A DNA stretch of 64,000 bases from an uncultured delta proteobacterium. Lineage in GTDB: Bacteria; Myxococcota; Myxococcia; Myxococcales; Myxococcaceae. Below the pieces are notes generated by a model. It was given only the letters and a program-made list of their open reading frames with translations. It had not been told where the DNA came from and made no database searches. Below, piece after piece: positions 60,051 to 64,000 of the stretch. The stretch is taken from assembly GCA_963771175.1 (NCBI GenBank), contig CAVYSY010000056.1, positions 1 through 64,000 on the forward strand. The letters run 5' to 3'. The translations under genes and the position numbers were made by a program. Every line of letters starts with the position of its first letter. Position 1 is the first letter of the stretch.

Positions 60051-60692
60051 TCAGAACGACGTGCCGATCCGCAGCAGGTTGAGGTTGAGGTTGAGCACCG
60101 GCCTCGACCCGCGCTTGTCGGAATACTCCCGGGCCATGGGGGTGATGAGGGAGCTGACCCAATCTCCGCTGCAGTTGAGGCAGTAGCCCGCGCTCGCGCC
60201 AATCATCGGCGTGACGTACCAGCCCCCTCCGGAGAACTGCCACCCCAGGTCCAGTCCCACCCGCGCCTCGAAGCTCATGCCACCCTTGAGGCGAATCTCA
60301 TCGTCGGCATAGTCCGGGTCGTAGGCGAAGATCGTCACCAGCTTCGGCTCGATGAACGGACCCGACAACGGCCCGCTGCCGAACGAGAAGACGGGGCCCG
60401 CCGCGACGGACATCCGCCAGTGACGCGCGTCCTCGCGAGCCCAGCTCTTGTCGTAGGCCCACGTGCCCACCACCGGGGTGACCTCGATGGCGAGCGACGT
60501 TTTGTCCGACAGCGGCACATTGGCCCCGAGCGGAAGGTACAGCGCCTGCCCGTAGAGACCGAACAGGAGCGTGCCCACCGGCTGAACCCAGACAGAATAG
60601 CGAGGGTCCGGACTCGCCTCTGACGCGGGTGTCGTGGTGACGGGGACCTCCGGGGATGCGGCGAGAAGCAGGGCAGTGAGGAGTGCGTTCAT
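60051..60692 (-). CDS. putative outer-membrane beta-barrel protein
   Basis: Signal-like N-terminus; alternating strands; ends LRIGTSF with a terminal Phe. Confidence 0.7.
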   Translation of the reverse strand: MNALLTALLLAASPEVPVTTTPASEASPDPRYSVWVQPVGTLLFGLYGQALYLPLGANVPLSDKTSLAIEVTPVVGTWAYDKSWAREDARHWRMSVAAGPVFSFGSGPLSGPFIEPKLVTIFAYDPDYADDEIRLKGGMSFEARVGLDLGWQFSGGGWYVTPMIGASAGYCLNCSGDWVSSLITPMAREYSDKRGSRPVLNLNLNLLRIGTSF

Positions 60693-60749
60693 GCGCGCCG
60701 GTTTCAGCAACGGACGTGCCACGCGGGTCTTCACGCGCGCCAGGAGCCA

Positions 60750-61706
60750 CTAGGCGCTCGGGTCGCCATCCTCATCGAACGGGAGGCCCACGGGCCGCGC
60801 TTCCGGCTCGCTGGCGGCGACAGGAGACGGCTCGCCCTGGACCTGGGCAGGTGCCAGTTCCGCCACGGGAGCCGGAGCCCCCGGCTCGGCGGGAGCAGCG
60901 GTGTGGACCGGGGCGGCCTCGAACGAGTCCACCACCTCGGGAGCCGGAGCCGGCACCTCCTCCGAGACGACCACGGAAGGCTCGGCCGCGAGCTCGGGCA
61001 CGAGGAGGGCGATGTCATCGAGGCTCGCGACGAACGCGTTCGCCCCCGAGTCGTCGAAGTCCGCCCCACCCTCCTCCAGGTTCTCGATGTCCTCGAGGCT
61101 CGCGAAGAACGACTCCGCGCCAGGGTCGCTGTAGGCCTCCTCGGCCTCGTCGACCTCATCGAGCTCCGCCTGCAGCGCGGAGAGCTCCGCCTCCATCCAG
61201 TTCTCATCCACCCCGGGAGCCACCTCGGCCTCGCCCTGCATGGAGGCCGCTGCCTGCTCCACCGCTGCCTGCGCCACCGCGGCCTGCTCCGCGGCGACAC
61301 GCTCCGCCCTGGCGGCCGCCGCATACGCACTCGCCCGGAACAGGTGCGCGAGCGTGACGCCCGGCTTGTCCGCGCCCGCCTCGGCGCCAGCGACTCCCTC
61401 CTGCGCGGCCTCCGTGCCCCCCTTCAGGTCCACGAGCTCCCGCTGGGCGCGCTCGAAGCCATCCACGTTGAGCAGCCTGGCGCGCAGCTCCGCGGTCTCG
61501 CGCTCCTTCGCCGCGCGCTCCGCCTCGAGCTCCTCCAGCTCGGCCTGGTGCTGGGCATTGATGGCGTTGAGGATGTCCTCCTCGGACTTCAGCTCCGCGT
61601 CCTCGGCCCCGATGTGCTTCTCGACGGCCTCGACGCGCCGCTGCCCCTGGATGAGGCCAGGGGTCTGAACGAACGGGTTGAAGCCGCCAATCCTTCGGAT
61701 GCTCAT
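60750..61706 (-). CDS. acidic Ala/Glu-rich hypothetical protein
   Basis: GAGGA RBS; MSIRRIGG start; coiled-coil and low-complexity acidic tail. Confidence 0.7.
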   Translation of the reverse strand: MSIRRIGGFNPFVQTPGLIQGQRRVEAVEKHIGAEDAELKSEEDILNAINAQHQAELEELEAERAAKERETAELRARLLNVDGFERAQRELVDLKGGTEAAQEGVAGAEAGADKPGVTLAHLFRASAYAAAARAERVAAEQAAVAQAAVEQAAASMQGEAEVAPGVDENWMEAELSALQAELDEVDEAEEAYSDPGAESFFASLEDIENLEEGGADFDDSGANAFVASLDDIALLVPELAAEPSVVVSEEVPAPAPEVVDSFEAAPVHTAAPAEPGAPAPVAELAPAQVQGEPSPVAASEPEARPVGLPFDEDGDPSA

Positions 61707-61864
61707 GGACGGGTCCTCGCTGTGCGGGCGCACGGGGGGTGCATCGTCCCATTATTGTCGCAGCGAAGCCCTCCGGGTTGCGAGCCCCCCGAAAAACGTG
61801 ACGGAAGGCGACCCACCCTCGGGGTAGCCTGAGACCCCAACCCACACTCCCCGTCGAGGCCGAC

Positions 61865-63693
61865 ATGTCCGCGTCCAGCCACTACAAGCCCAACCTGCGC
61901 GACCTGCTTTCAACCTCTTCGAGTTCCTGAACATCGGCCGCACCTCGCTGGGCAAGGCGCCCTTCGGGGACTTCGACGAGACGGCGGCGCGGCAGACGCT
62001 GGAGACGTTCGCCCAGGTGGCGACCGAGCAGCTGGCCGCCTCCTTCTCCGAGGCCGACCGCAACCCGCCGAAGTTCGATCCGGCGACGCACGAGGTGACG
62101 CTGCCCCCGGGCGCTCAAGCAGTCGCTCCACGGCCTACTACGAGGCGGGGATGAACCAGCTCGAGCTGCCGGTGCACCTGGGCGGCATGGCGGCGCCGCC
62201 CTCGCTGAACTGGGCCGCCTTCGAGCTGGTGGTGGGCGCCAACCCGCCGCTGTCCTTCTACACGCTGGCCACGCTGATGGCCCGGGTGCTGGACCAGCTG
62301 GGCACGGAGGAGCAGCGCAAGCGCTACCTGCCGCAGATGACCGAGCGCCACTGGGGCGCGACCATGGTCCTCACCGAGCCGGACGCGGGCAGCGACGTGG
62401 GCAACGCCCGGACGCGCGCCAAGCAGCAGTGGAGGGGGACGTCTGGGAGCTCGAGGGCGTGAAGCGCTTCATCACCAACGGGGAGTTCGACGGACCGGAG
62501 AACATCGTGCACCTGGTGCTCGCGCGTCCCGAGGGCGCCGGCCCGGGCACCAAGGGGCTCTCGCTCTTCATCGTCCCCAAGTTCTGGGTGAACGAGGACG
62601 GCAGCCTCGGTGAGCGCAACGGGGTCTACTGCACCAAGCTCGAGAAGAAGATGGGGCTCAAGGGCTCGACCACCGCCGAGCTGACCTTCGGCGACGGGAA
62701 GCCCGCGCGCGGCCTGCTGATGGGCAACGTGCACGACGGCATCCGCCAGATGTTCATGGTCATCGAGCAGGCGCGCATGGCGATCGGCATGAAGAGCATG
62801 TCCACGCTCTCCACCGCCTACCTGAACGCGCTGGAGTTCGCGAAGGAGCGCATCCAGGGCTCGGACCTGATGCAGGCGCGAGGACAAGGCCGCGCCCAAG
62901 GTGGCGATCATCCAGCACCCGGACGTGCGCCGGATGCTGATGCAGCTCAAGTCCCACGCCGAGGGCATGCGCGCGCTCTGCCTCTTCGCCGCGAGCATCC
63001 AGGACCAGGTCGCGCTGCCGCGGCGGACACCGGGCGGAGGAGGCCAAGGAGGTCGACGCGCTCAACGACCTGCTGCTGCCGCTGGTGAAGGGCTACAACT
63101 CGGAGAAGGCCTACGAGCTGCTCGCGGTGGCGCTGCAGGTCTTCGGCGGCAGCGGGTACCTGCAGGACTACCCGATGGAGCAGTACATCCGCGACCAGAA
63201 GATCGACTCGCTCTACGAGGGGACCACGCACATCCAGGCGCAGGACCTCCTGTTCCGCAAGATCGCGCGCGACGGCGGGGCCACGCTGCAGGGCCTGCTG
63301 GGCCGGATCCGCGAGACGGCGGAGGGCACCGAGGGCGGCGAGGCGCTGGCGGCCGAGCGCGCGGCGCTGGGCAAGGCGCTGGGCCAGGCGGAGGCGATGT
63401 TCGGCGCGCTGATGGGCAAGTTCGGCGAGTCGCTCTACCACGTGGGCCTGCAGGGCAACCGCGTGCTGATGGCCACCGCGGAGCTGGTCATCGGCTGGCT
63501 GCTGGTGCGCCACGCGGCGGTCGCGCTGGACCAGGTGAAGGTGAACCCCGGCGACAAGGACTTCTACGAGGGCAAGGTCGCCAGCGCGCGCTACTTCGTG
63601 AAGGAGGTCCTCCCGAACTGGCCCACGCCGCGCAGCAAGGTGGTGCAGGGCTCGGACCTGGCGCTCATGGAGCTGCCGGACGAGGTGTTCTGA
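61865..63693 (+). CDS. acyl-CoA dehydrogenase (several frameshifts)
   Basis: [69 protein letters not shown]. Confidence 0.92.
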
Positions 63694-63823
63694 GTCTCGA
63701 ATTCCGAGAAATCAAAACAGGGCACCTGGGCTCCTGCCCGAATTTCAAGCAAGGGACCGTCTTGCTTCAGGACACCTCCGTCCCCTGGCTCAATCCCGCG
63801 TTCTTCCAGGGGAAACCCGTTGG

Positions 63824-63844
63824 GGTGTCAAGTTTATTGACACC
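63824..63844. promoter_or_regulatory. perfect inverted repeat containing TTGACA
   Basis: GGTGTCAA-GTTTA-TTGACACC in the intergenic region. Confidence 0.5.
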
Positions 63845-64000
63845 TCCCGGCGGGAGCCTGGAGCCGCACCGCTCCAACGAGGCCCCACACGTTCGCGTAA
63901 CCTCCCGGAATCCCTCGGATGTCAGAGCTGGCACGTAGGCTGCTCTGAGCATGGGACGTAACGGACGGGGCGGTTCCCTTCCGCCGTCCGATGTGCCTCG

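Noticed and set aside
1884..63693. Frameshifts in about 14 genes (zwf, gnd, GH15, mlaD, mlaF, AAA ATPase, phhA, BVMO, kinase, dnaN, caspase, acyl-CoA dehydrogenase and others) as programmed frameshifting or mass pseudogenisation
   Set aside because: They are scattered single-base indels that also hit essential dnaN, with motifs otherwise intact and no shared slippery signal. This is best explained by sequencing or assembly error.

Overview
High-GC chromosomal segment, most likely from a myxobacterium of the Archangium/Cystobacter group (inferred from gene content and a myxobacterial-type palindromic repeat). It holds about 55 genes: zwf/gnd/GH15, mlaEFD, recF, dnaN, cysK, msrB, phhA, kinases, transporters and lipid enzymes. 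Accessory defence-type genes are scattered through it: a PARIS-like ATPase + TOPRIM pair, Uma2, a HipA-family YjjJ toxin, a DUF4258/MqsA-type TA pair and an orphan Mod-like DNA methyltransferase. Many genes, including essential dnaN, carry single-base frameshifts, which look like assembly indel errors rather than biology. The most unusual signal is in the first 350 bp, on the minus strand. There I find a complete but non-canonical tRNA-Lys(CUU) (A8/U14 swap, no D-loop GG, T-loop GGCAGCA), a second tRNA-like 74-nt element, a heptamer-repeat hairpin spacer and the apparent 5' end of another atypical tRNA at the window edge. Together these look like the start of a cryptic array of non-canonical tRNAs.
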